Source: Bosea sp. (in: a-proteobacteria) (GTDB lineage: Bacteria; Pseudomonadota; Alphaproteobacteria; Rhizobiales; Beijerinckiaceae). Taken from it: a stretch of 54,261 nucleotides of DNA. Position 1 is the first letter of the stretch. Every line of letters begins with the position of its first letter. Location: contig JBKJSB010000152.1 of NCBI GenBank assembly GCA_046593015.1, positions 1 through 54,261 on the forward strand, read 5' to 3'. Shown here in pieces: positions 8,712 to 17,157 of the stretch. Under the pieces are notes generated by a model. That model had not been told where the DNA came from. It made no database searches and worked only from the letters and a program-made list of their open reading frames with translations. Both the position numbers and the translations under genes were made by a program.

Positions 8712-10452
8712 GATGCGCAAGGACATCTTCGCCGACGAGCGCGACGACAATCTCAACGTCGTCGGCAAGGGCCTCCAGCGTCAGGACATGCCCGGCCACG
8801 TCACCGGGCTGACGCGCTTCTTCGACGACCACGCCTTCGATGGCATGCTGCACCTGAAAGTGGTGCGCAGCCCCCATGCCAGCGCCCGCATCCGTTCGAT
8901 CGACGTCGCGGCGGCCGCGCGCGCGCCCGGCGTCAGGCGCGTGCTGCGCGCCGCCGATGTGCCCGTCAACAAGAACACGCTGCTGAGCCTGATCAACTTC
9001 GGCAAGGACGACGAGCCGTCGCTGGCAGTCGACACGGTGCATTACAAGGGCGAGCCGGTCGTCGCGATCATTGCCGACAGCGAAGCGCAGGCGCTGGCTG
9101 CGAAAAAACTCGTCCGCATCGACTACGAGCCGATGCCGGCTGTGTTCGACGTCGAGGAGGCGCTGAAACCCGGCGCGCCGGTGGTCAACGAGACCTATCC
9201 GAACAACTACTTCGAATATCACGAGCGCTTCGACCACCAGAAGCTGCGCTTCGGCGATGTCGAGCGGGCCTTCGCCTCCGCCGACATGGTGCTCGAGCAC
9301 CGCTACCAGATGTCGCCGATCGAGCATGCGCCGACCGAGACCAACGGCTCGATCGCCGCGCCCGAGCAGAACGGCCGATTCGTCGTGCATTCCTGCGCGC
9401 AGGGGCTGTTCTTCGCGCTGGGCACGGCGGCGAAGATCGTCGCGCTCGAATCCAACCGGCTGCATTTCATCGGCGGGACGGTCGGCGGCGGTTTCGGCGG
9501 CAAGGTCGATTCCCTGACCGAGCCGCTCGCCGTTCTCGGCGCGATGGTGACGGGCAAGCCCGTGCGCTTCGTGCTCGATCGCGAGGAGGAGATGCTCTAC
9601 GGCTCGCCGCGCGGGGCCGAGCGCATCTACATCAAGGACGGGCTGATGCGGGACGGGCGGATCGTCGCCCGTCAGATCCGCAGCTATTTCGACGCCGGCG
9701 CCTATACGCGGCTCTCCAGCTACGCCGCGATCAAATGCACGGCGCATTTGCCGGGCCCGTACTGGATCCCCAACGTCTCCTCGGACGTCCATGTCGCCTA
9801 CACCAATCGCTGCCCCTCGACCGCGATGCGCGGTTTCGGCATCACGGCGGTGGATTTCGCGCTGGAGGTCCAGATGGACCGCCTCGCCGAGGTGGCCGCC
9901 ATGGACCCGATGGAGTTCCGCCTCCTCAACGCCTATCGCGACGGGGACATGAAGCCGCATCGCCGCGCAGCCTCGAACACGGCGCTGATCGAATGCGTCC
10001 AGGTCGCGGCCGAAAAGGCCAACTGGCCGATCTCGGATCAGGGCAAGCGGCAATCCTCGCTGAGCGGAGGCGGCGTCGGCGAGCGCTCCCAGATTCCGGC
10101 CACCGTGCTCGACGCCCGCGGCCAGATCGGCAAGCCCGACACGCGCAGTTCGGGCCCGACGCAGACCTTGCCGGCGGGGACCTCACGCATCGCGCCGAGC
10201 AAGCAGCCGGTGATGGAGGGCGCGCGGGACGGCCGCGCCGCGCCGGCACAGGTGCCGCGTTACGAGGCCGCGCGGCCGGCCGCGCCGCAACCACCCTATC
10301 AGCCCCCTCCGTCGCCCTACCAGCCGGTAACCGGTCAGCAGCCGCCGCCCTATCAGCCGCCGCCCGCTCCGCCCGCGCCAGCGCCCGCCGCTCCGGCGCA
10401 GACGCAGCATGGCGCGGTCCGCTTCTCATCCGTCTTCGGCAGGAGGCGCTGA
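8704..10452 (+). CDS. Molybdopterin-binding subunit, N-terminal part (xanthine oxidase family), with a Pro-rich C-terminal tail
   Basis: VRSPHASARI hammerhead domain, VGGGFGGK, STAMRGFG, FALEVQMDRLA, MDPMEFRLLN. Confidence 0.9.
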   Translation: MLEMRKDIFADERDDNLNVVGKGLQRQDMPGHVTGLTRFFDDHAFDGMLHLKVVRSPHASARIRSIDVAAAARAPGVRRVLRAADVPVNKNTLLSLINFGKDDEPSLAVDTVHYKGEPVVAIIADSEAQALAAKKLVRIDYEPMPAVFDVEEALKPGAPVVNETYPNNYFEYHERFDHQKLRFGDVERAFASADMVLEHRYQMSPIEHAPTETNGSIAAPEQNGRFVVHSCAQGLFFALGTAAKIVALESNRLHFIGGTVGGGFGGKVDSLTEPLAVLGAMVTGKPVRFVLDREEEMLYGSPRGAERIYIKDGLMRDGRIVARQIRSYFDAGAYTRLSSYAAIKCTAHLPGPYWIPNVSSDVHVAYTNRCPSTAMRGFGITAVDFALEVQMDRLAEVAAMDPMEFRLLNAYRDGDMKPHRRAASNTALIECVQVAAEKANWPISDQGKRQSSLSGGGVGERSQIPATVLDARGQIGKPDTRSSGPTQTLPAGTSRIAPSKQPVMEGARDGRAAPAQVPRYEAARPAAPQPPYQPPPSPYQPVTGQQPPPYQPPPAPPAPAPAAPAQTQHGAVRFSSVFGRRR

Positions 10453-10453
10453 C

Positions 10454-11497
10454 ATGGCCCGTCACGAAGGGCGAGGCATGGCCTCGGTCAACTATCCGAT
10501 CGGGATGAATCTCGGCGGCGATCCGAGCCAGGCGCTGATCCATTCCAATCCCGACGGCAAGTTCACCGTCGCGCTGTCGGCGATCGATCTCGGCCAGGGC
10601 ATGAAGCAGGTCTCGCGCCAGATCGCGGCCGAGACGCTCGGCGTGCCCATCGAGGACGTCTATGTCGATACCGCCGACAGCGACACCGGCCCCCATGACA
10701 TGGGCTCGTTTGCCTCGCGCGGCACGCATCGCATGGGCAACGCCATCATCGTCGCGGCGCGCGAGGCGCGCGGCGTGCTGCTGGAGGCCGCCGCCGAGGA
10801 GCTCGAGGTCGATGCCGGCGACCTCGTCACCGACGGTCGCGGCAACATCCATGTCAGGGGCGCGCCGTCGCGCTCGATCACGGTCAAGGCCACCGCGCAG
10901 GCGGCCCAGTTCAAGCAGGGCAAGACGATCGCCGGGCGCGGCATCTTCCTGATCCCGCTCTCGGCCGTCGACGCCGAGACCGGCGAGATGAACCCCAACA
11001 CCGCCTTCGCCCATGCCTGCCTCGTCGCCGACGTCGCCGTCGACGACGAGACGGGCGAGGTCGAGGTGCTGCGCATGACCAGCGCCTATGAGCTCGGCCG
11101 GGTGATCAATCCCCGGATGGTCGAGCAGCAGCTTGTGGGCGGAGCCTGGATGGGCATGAGCCACGCGCTCTACGAGACGCCGGAGCCCTATTATCCCAAC
11201 CCCGAGCACGGCCCGCGCGATTTCAACGAGTATCTGATGCCGGGACCGGGCCAGATCGCGCCCTACCATGTCACGGTGCTGGAACGGCCGGCGCCGGACG
11301 GCCCCTATGGCGGCAAGGGGCCAGGCGAGATGTGCGCCAACCCGGTGCTGCCGGCCATCGCCAACGCCGTCTACAACGCGGTCGGCGTGCGTGTGGACGA
11401 GCTGCCGATCACGCCGGAAAAGATCCTGCGCGGCCTCGAGGCCAATGGCGGCGTCAAGCCCGGCCCGCGCCGCGGCGGCCCTGTGAACTGGCGGTGA
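10454..11497 (+). CDS. Molybdopterin-binding subunit, C-terminal part (xanthine oxidase family)
   Basis: DLGQGM, GSFASRGT, VDDETGEVEV, INPRMVEQQLVGG, GKGPGE with catalytic Glu, ELPITPEKI; AGGAGG RBS. Confidence 0.9.
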   Translation: MARHEGRGMASVNYPIGMNLGGDPSQALIHSNPDGKFTVALSAIDLGQGMKQVSRQIAAETLGVPIEDVYVDTADSDTGPHDMGSFASRGTHRMGNAIIVAAREARGVLLEAAAEELEVDAGDLVTDGRGNIHVRGAPSRSITVKATAQAAQFKQGKTIAGRGIFLIPLSAVDAETGEMNPNTAFAHACLVADVAVDDETGEVEVLRMTSAYELGRVINPRMVEQQLVGGAWMGMSHALYETPEPYYPNPEHGPRDFNEYLMPGPGQIAPYHVTVLERPAPDGPYGGKGPGEMCANPVLPAIANAVYNAVGVRVDELPITPEKILRGLEANGGVKPGPRRGGPVNWR

Positions 11498-11501
11498 CGG
11501 C

Positions 11502-12386
11502 ATGGCCTTGCGCACCACCGTTGCCGGCATATCGAGCCCAGAGGACCTCGCCCAGGCCCTGACGGGAGCGATGTATCTCGCCGATGACGGCATCGCGACC
11601 GCCGGCTATCTCGCGCTGGCGCTGGGCAAGCCGCTGCTGCTGGAGGGGGCGCCGGGTGTCGGCAAGACGGAAGCGGCAAAAGCCATCGCCGGCATTCTCG
11701 GGCGCCAGCTTATCCGCCTGCAATGCTTCGAGGGCATCGACGCCTCGGGCGCGCTCTACGAATGGAACTATCCGCGCCAGATGCTGGCCATCCGGCAGGC
11801 GCGCGAGGGCGAGACGCTCGACATCTACCGCGACGACTTTCTGATCGAGCGGCCGATGCTCAGCGTCCTGCGCCGACCGGAATCGACCGTGCTGCTGATC
11901 GACGAGATCGACCGCTCCGACCATGAATTCGAGGCGTTCCTGCTCGAATTTCTCTCCGATTTCTCGATCTCGATCCCCGAGCGCGGCACGCTGCGCGCGG
12001 CCGAGCGCCCTGTCGTGGTGCTGACCTCGAACCGGACGCGCGAGTTGCACGAGGCGCTGCGCCGCCGCTGCGTCTACCACTACATCGCCTATCCGGAGCC
12101 CGAGCGCGAGGCGCAGATCATCATGCTGCGCTCGTCGGCCGTGGCGGAAGGCACGGCGCGCGCGGTCGTCCATGCCATCGGGCTTTTGCGGCAGGAGCCG
12201 TTGGCGAAGCCGCCGGGCGTCGCCGAGGCCGTCGACTGGGCCGAGGCCGCGACCGCTTTGGCGCAGGCCGGCGCGCCCTGGCCCGAGGCCTTCCGCCGCT
12301 CGCTCGGCACGGCGATCAAGGACGAGGAGGACTTCGCCCACCTGCGCCCGCGCCTGCCGCTGATCATTCCGGGGCTGGCGGCATGA
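11502..12386 (+). CDS. MoxR-family AAA+ ATPase (CoxD-like)
   Basis: LLLEGAPGVGKTE, RLQCFEGID, LYEWNYPRQ, LLIDEIDR, LTSNRTRELHEALRRRC. Confidence 0.92.
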   Translation: MALRTTVAGISSPEDLAQALTGAMYLADDGIATAGYLALALGKPLLLEGAPGVGKTEAAKAIAGILGRQLIRLQCFEGIDASGALYEWNYPRQMLAIRQAREGETLDIYRDDFLIERPMLSVLRRPESTVLLIDEIDRSDHEFEAFLLEFLSDFSISIPERGTLRAAERPVVVLTSNRTRELHEALRRRCVYHYIAYPEPEREAQIIMLRSSAVAEGTARAVVHAIGLLRQEPLAKPPGVAEAVDWAEAATALAQAGAPWPEAFRRSLGTAIKDEEDFAHLRPRLPLIIPGLAA

Positions 12387-12412
12387 GCGAGTGTCTTGGC
12401 GCATCGCTTTCT

Positions 12413-12553
12413 TCTCCCTCCCCCCGCTTGCGGTGGGGAGGGCCGGGGTGGGGGGGAGAGCTCAGGCCGTGGTCGCGCGCGGTAGTCGTCTTGGCTCGAC
12501 CTGCACGCCCCCCCATCCCTAACCCTTCCCCACCGCAAGCGGGGGGAAGGGGA
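12413..12553. repeat. Palindromic REP/MITE-like intergenic element with about 45-bp imperfect inverted arms
   Basis: Left arm ctccccccgcttgcggtggggagggccggggtggggggg; right arm ccccccatccctaacccttccccaccgcaagcggggggaagggga; each arm holds its own hairpin; resembles the CCCCGCTTGCGGGGAG-type repeats common in Alphaproteobacteria. Confidence 0.8.
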
Positions 12554-12603
12554 CGGGTTGCCGCTCACCGCGATCAGAAGGCCAATGGATGGGAGCGCGC
12601 GCC

Positions 12604-13716
12604 ATGATCGCCCCCCTCCCCGCCGCCGCACGTCCCTTCGTCGCGTTTCCCACGCTGCTGCGCGGGCATGGGCTCGCCGTCGCGCCCGAGCAAACCACCA
12701 GCTTCCTAATGGCGGTCGAACTGCTCGGGCCGCGCAGCATCGAGCATGTCCGCAAGGCGGCGGTCGCCACGCTCGCACCCCATCCCGAGCAGCGCGCGCT
12801 GTTCGACGCCCTGTTCGACATGCATTTCCTCGGTGCGGTCGCCGAGCCGGGCGACGAGGATTTTGCGCCCGACGAGGAGATCTCGGTGCAGGAGGATTCA
12901 GGCTCGCGCGAAATTCTGGTCGGCGAGGAGGTCAACGAGACGGGCCAGGCCGCGACCGGCGCGGAGGCGCTTTCGGTGCGGGCGCTGCAGCCGCTCGACG
13001 AGAGCGAGACGCTTCGGCGCTTCGCCCGCGCGCTGCCGGCCGCCTTGCCCCGCCGGCGCGGCTACCGCCATCGCGCGGCGCGGCGGGGGCCGAGCGTCGA
13101 TCTCGCGCGCAGCCTGCGCGAAGCGATCCGCCATGACGGCGAGGTGATGAGCCTGAAGAAGCTCAGGCGCGTGACGCGGCCGCGCCCGATCCTGCTGCTG
13201 ATCGACGTCTCGGGTTCGATGAAGCAGCGCAGCGACGCCAATCTCGCGCTCGCCCATACGATCGTGCAGGCGACGGCGCGCGTCGAGGTCTTCACCTTCG
13301 GCACACGCCTGACCCGCGTGACGCGGGCGCTGCGCCGCAAGCGCCGCGAGCAGGCGCTCACTGAAGCGTCGGGGCTGGTCGCCGACTGGGACGGCGGCAC
13401 GCGCATCGGCGACGCGCTGCAGGCCTTCCTCGCCGTGCCGCGCTTTGCGGCCTACGCGCGCGGCGCGGTCGTCGTCGTGCTGTCGGACGGTCTGGAGCGC
13501 GGCGATCCGGCGGCGCTGGTCTCGGCCGTCACGCGGCTTTCGGCGCGCGCGCATCGCATCGACTGGCTGACGCCGCTCGCCGCCGATCCGGGCTATCGGC
13601 CGGAAACAGAGGCGCTGCGGCTGATCGCGCCGCGCCTCGACAGCCTCGGCAACGGCGCGAGCACGGCCCGCATCTGCCGGCACATCCTGTCGCTCGGAGG
13701 CGCGGTCGCGGCATGA
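12604..13716 (+). CDS. VWA domain protein (CoxE-like)
   Basis: MIDAS motif LLIDVSGSM, EVFTFGTRLTRVT, DWDGGTRIG, VLSDGLERGD; partner of CoxD. Confidence 0.9.
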   Translation: MIAPLPAAARPFVAFPTLLRGHGLAVAPEQTTSFLMAVELLGPRSIEHVRKAAVATLAPHPEQRALFDALFDMHFLGAVAEPGDEDFAPDEEISVQEDSGSREILVGEEVNETGQAATGAEALSVRALQPLDESETLRRFARALPAALPRRRGYRHRAARRGPSVDLARSLREAIRHDGEVMSLKKLRRVTRPRPILLLIDVSGSMKQRSDANLALAHTIVQATARVEVFTFGTRLTRVTRALRRKRREQALTEASGLVADWDGGTRIGDALQAFLAVPRFAAYARGAVVVVLSDGLERGDPAALVSAVTRLSARAHRIDWLTPLAADPGYRPETEALRLIAPRLDSLGNGASTARICRHILSLGGAVAA

Positions 13717-14594
13717 CGGGACTCGTCGATTCGCACTTCCATATCTGGCGTCAGGCCGATCTGCCCTGGTTGCTCGGGCCGATGCAGCCGCGCATTTTCG
13801 GGCCTTATGAGCCGATCCGGCGCGATTACCCGATCGCCGAGTATCTCGCCGATTGCCGGCCGTCAGGCGTGACCGAAGCAGTCTATGTGCAGGCGAACTG
13901 GGCTCCAGCGCGCCACCTCGACGAGGTCGCCTTCGTCTCGCAGGCAGCGGAGGAAAGCGGCTTCCCGATCGCGATCGTCGCGTATGCCGACATGCTCAGC
14001 GAGGATGTGCGCCCCCAGCTCGACGCGCTGGCGGCAAATCCGCGCGTACGCGGCGTGCGCATGCAGTTGCACTGGCACGAGAACCCGCTCTACCGCTTCG
14101 CGAACGGCCCAGACCTGTGCAGCGAGCCACGTCTACAAGCGAACATCGATCTCCTCGCCGACTACGGCTTCAGTTTTGATCTGCAGGTCTTCGCCGGGCA
14201 AATGGAGGGCGCTGCGCAACTCGCGTTCCTGTGCCCCCATGTCACCTTCGTGCTCCAGCACGCCGGCATGCTGGAGGACCTGTCGCCGGACGGGTTGGCC
14301 CAGTGGCGAGAGAGCATGACGCGACTGGCGGCTCACACCAACGTCGTCTGCAAGCTCTCGGGGCTGGGCACCTTCCTGCGCCGAAACGACGCCGAGCATA
14401 TCCACGTCATCGTCACTGAGACGCTCGCGCTGTTCGGGGCGGAGCGCTGCCTGTTCGGCTCCAATTTTCCGATCGAGAAGCTCTGGACGAACTATGGCGA
14501 TCTCGTCGGCGCGCACCGCGCGGCCGTGCCGGAGAGCGCCCGAAACGACGTCTTCAACGAAACCGCGAGGCGGGTCTACCGCCTCGGTCGATAG
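13713..14594 (+). CDS. Amidohydrolase-2 family metallohydrolase (lactonase-like)
   Basis: VDSHFHIW, GVRMQLHW, FVLQHAG, CKLSGLG, LFGSNFPIE; ATGA overlap. Confidence 0.88.
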   Translation: MTGLVDSHFHIWRQADLPWLLGPMQPRIFGPYEPIRRDYPIAEYLADCRPSGVTEAVYVQANWAPARHLDEVAFVSQAAEESGFPIAIVAYADMLSEDVRPQLDALAANPRVRGVRMQLHWHENPLYRFANGPDLCSEPRLQANIDLLADYGFSFDLQVFAGQMEGAAQLAFLCPHVTFVLQHAGMLEDLSPDGLAQWRESMTRLAAHTNVVCKLSGLGTFLRRNDAEHIHVIVTETLALFGAERCLFGSNFPIEKLWTNYGDLVGAHRAAVPESARNDVFNETARRVYRLGR

Positions 14595-14611
14595 GCAATG
14601 GGAGAACCGCC

Positions 14612-15460
14612 ATGGCGCTCGAAATCAAGATTCTCGACTATGGTGACATCGAGCTGGAATCGAGCTTCCTCGTGCTCGGCCGCGACTGCGGCCGCACCCG
14701 GAGGGTTCCAACCTATGGCTTCCTGATCCTCGGCGGCCCCTGGCCGGTCGTGGTCGACACCGGCTACCGCCACAACCAGATCATGGAAAGCCTCGGCATG
14801 CGGGGGCTGCAGTTCCACGAGAACATGATCGAGAACCAGCTCTCCAGGCACGGCGTGCGGATGGGCGATGTGCGTTACGTCATGCACACCCATCTCCATA
14901 TCGACCATGCCGGGAAGGATGAGCTCTTCCCGATGAACACGACCGTCATCGTCAACCGGCGCGAGCTCGAATACTCGGTCTCGGGCCTGATGCACCCGCA
15001 ATACCCGGCCCCCGACATCAAGCACCTGATCGACCGGCTGCATACGCGCGACGCGCTGCGCTTCGAGGATCTGGAGCTCTCGGGAATGATCGAGCTGTTT
15101 CCCGGCTGCTATCTGGAGGCCGCCGGCGCGCATACCGAAGGCTCGATGAATATCCATGTCGATACTGCCGAGGGACGGGCGATCCTCTGCGGCGACGTGA
15201 TCTACGACTTCAACGACCAGATCGTCACGCCCTTCCACGAGGTCGGCGCCAACGAGCCGCGCACCACCGGCAATCACGGCGTCTCCAAGCGGCAGGAGAA
15301 GGCGGCGATCAAGAAGCTGCTCTCTCAGGCCAAATTCCTGCTGCCGGTCCATGACAAGCCCGCCAAGATCGCCCATGGTCAGGTCGTCGGCCGCATGGAC
15401 ATGGCGGTGCCTGGCCCGGTGGTGCAGTCGCTGCCGCCGCGCAACTGGTTTGCGGCGTGA
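14612..15460 (+). CDS. Metallo-beta-lactamase-fold hydrolase (AHL-lactonase-like family)
   Basis: VVDTG, HTHLHIDH metal motif, AHTEGS, LCGD, LPVHD. Confidence 0.85.
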   Translation: MALEIKILDYGDIELESSFLVLGRDCGRTRRVPTYGFLILGGPWPVVVDTGYRHNQIMESLGMRGLQFHENMIENQLSRHGVRMGDVRYVMHTHLHIDHAGKDELFPMNTTVIVNRRELEYSVSGLMHPQYPAPDIKHLIDRLHTRDALRFEDLELSGMIELFPGCYLEAAGAHTEGSMNIHVDTAEGRAILCGDVIYDFNDQIVTPFHEVGANEPRTTGNHGVSKRQEKAAIKKLLSQAKFLLPVHDKPAKIAHGQVVGRMDMAVPGPVVQSLPPRNWFAA

Positions 15461-15470
15461 GGCATCGCCG

Positions 15471-17084
15471 ATGACCACCCATGTCGCCATCCGCCCCGCC
15501 TTCGAGGACTGCGTCGACCTCTGGGCTCCCGTACGCCAGCTCGGCACCGGCTTCGACTTCTGCGAAGGGCCGGTCTGGCACCCGCGCGAGCAGCATTTGC
15601 TGTTCTCCGACATGCCCGGCGACGTCCGCCGCCGCTGGGACAAGGCCGGTATTCGCGAGGTCAAGCGGCCCGCGAACAAATGCAACGGCATGACCTATGA
15701 TTCCGAACTGAACCTGATCGTCTGCGAGCACGCCACTTCGTCGCTGGTCCGCGAGCGGCCGGATGGCCGGCGCGAGGTGCTGGCCTCGCGTTTCGAGGGC
15801 ATGGAACTCAACAGCCCCAACGACGTCGTGGTGAAATCGGACGGGTCGATCTATTTCTCCGACCCTTGGTACGGCCGCATGCCGGTGTTCGGCGTCGAGC
15901 GCCCGCGCCAGCTCGGCTTCCAGGGCGTCTACCGCATTCCGCCCGGCGGGGGCGAGCCGCAATTGCTTGTCGATCGCTATCTCTTCGACCAGCCCAACGG
16001 CCTGTGCTTCTGCCCGACCGAGGACCGGCTCTTCGTCAACGACACGGTGCAGCACAATATCCGCGTCTTCCCCATCCTGTCCGACGGACGGCTCGGGCCG
16101 GGGCGCATCTTCGCCTCCGGGATCGTCGGCTCCGAGCCCGGCGTGCCCGACGGCATGAAATGCGACGCGCAGGGCAATGTCTGGGTCTGCGGGCCCGGTG
16201 GCGTCTGGGTCTACACGATCAAGGGCGAGCTGATCGGCAAGCTGCGCGTGCCGGAACTCGTCGGCAACCTGACCTGGGGCGGGCCGGACTGGCGCACGCT
16301 GTTCCTGACCGCGACGCACTCGCTTTACGCGGTCGAGACCAGGATCAGCCCGCGTCGCGAACCCTACATGAATGCAGGCGGCGGCGAGCGCGGCCGTAGC
16401 GACCCTGCCCCGCAACCGGTCTCGGGCGTCAGGCCCGCCGCGACGGTTGCGGCGAGCGGGGCGAAGAAGGCCGCGAGCGGCTACCGGCTCGATCCCGCGC
16501 GCTGCGCGCTGATCGTCCAGGATATGCAGAACGACGTCGTGATGCATGGCGGCGCGTTTGCTTCCTCCGGCTCGCCGGAGCACTGCCGGCAACAAAACGC
16601 CATCGCCAACGCCACGCGTCTAGCCCAAGCGGCGCGTTCGCGCGGCATTCCGGTGATCCATGTCTGGTTCGTGGTTGAGCCCGGCGCGCCGGGCGTCACC
16701 ATGAACGCGCCGCTCTTCGAGGGGCTGGCGGACGCCAAGGCGCTGGTGCGCGGGACATGGGGCTCGGCTCCCGTTCCCGGGCTGGAGGCGCAGGCCGGCG
16801 ACCATGTCGTCGAGAAGAGCCGCATGAGCGCCTGGGAGGGCACGCGGCTGGAAACCGTGCTGAAAGCGCTCGGGCGCGATGTCGTCATCGTCACCGGAGC
16901 ATGGACCAACATGTCGATCGAGCACACGGCGCGCACGGGCGCGGACAAGGGCTATTTCATGCTCGTGCCGGAGGACGCCTGCTCGACGATGACTGCGGAA
17001 TGGCACACGGCGTCGGTCAACTACGCGCTGCAGAACGTCTGCGTCGTCACGGATGTCGATGCGGTGGTCGCCGCCACGATGTGA
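15471..17084 (+). CDS. SMP-30/gluconolactonase beta-propeller fused to an isochorismatase/cysteine-hydrolase domain
   Basis: FCEGPVW, LNSPNDVV, QPNGLCF, PDGMKCD, NLTWGG; then LIVQDMQND, VEKSRMSAW, GAWTNMSIEHTAR, VPEDACS. Confidence 0.88.
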   Translation: MTTHVAIRPAFEDCVDLWAPVRQLGTGFDFCEGPVWHPREQHLLFSDMPGDVRRRWDKAGIREVKRPANKCNGMTYDSELNLIVCEHATSSLVRERPDGRREVLASRFEGMELNSPNDVVVKSDGSIYFSDPWYGRMPVFGVERPRQLGFQGVYRIPPGGGEPQLLVDRYLFDQPNGLCFCPTEDRLFVNDTVQHNIRVFPILSDGRLGPGRIFASGIVGSEPGVPDGMKCDAQGNVWVCGPGGVWVYTIKGELIGKLRVPELVGNLTWGGPDWRTLFLTATHSLYAVETRISPRREPYMNAGGGERGRSDPAPQPVSGVRPAATVAASGAKKAASGYRLDPARCALIVQDMQNDVVMHGGAFASSGSPEHCRQQNAIANATRLAQAARSRGIPVIHVWFVVEPGAPGVTMNAPLFEGLADAKALVRGTWGSAPVPGLEAQAGDHVVEKSRMSAWEGTRLETVLKALGRDVVIVTGAWTNMSIEHTARTGADKGYFMLVPEDACSTMTAEWHTASVNYALQNVCVVTDVDAVVAATM

Positions 17085-17120
17085 GCGGCTGGCCGATCAA
17101 ACCGGCGCAGGGATCTCCCA

Positions 17121-17146
17121 GTCACCCGGCCGAAGCGCCGGGTGAC
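17121..17146. terminator. GC-rich hairpin between convergent genes, putative terminator
   Basis: gtcacccggc-cgaagc-gccgggtgac, perfect 10-bp stem; no U-tract. Confidence 0.5.
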
Positions 17147-17157
17147 GCCAACCCGGC

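Noticed and set aside
7379-13716. Aerobic CO dehydrogenase (cox) cluster
   Set aside because: Large subunit is split and has AMRGFG rather than the Cu-binding AYxCSFR loop
14612-15460. Quorum-quenching lactonase or beta-lactam resistance gene
   Set aside because: The fold motif alone is not specific; operon context favours a catabolic hydrolase
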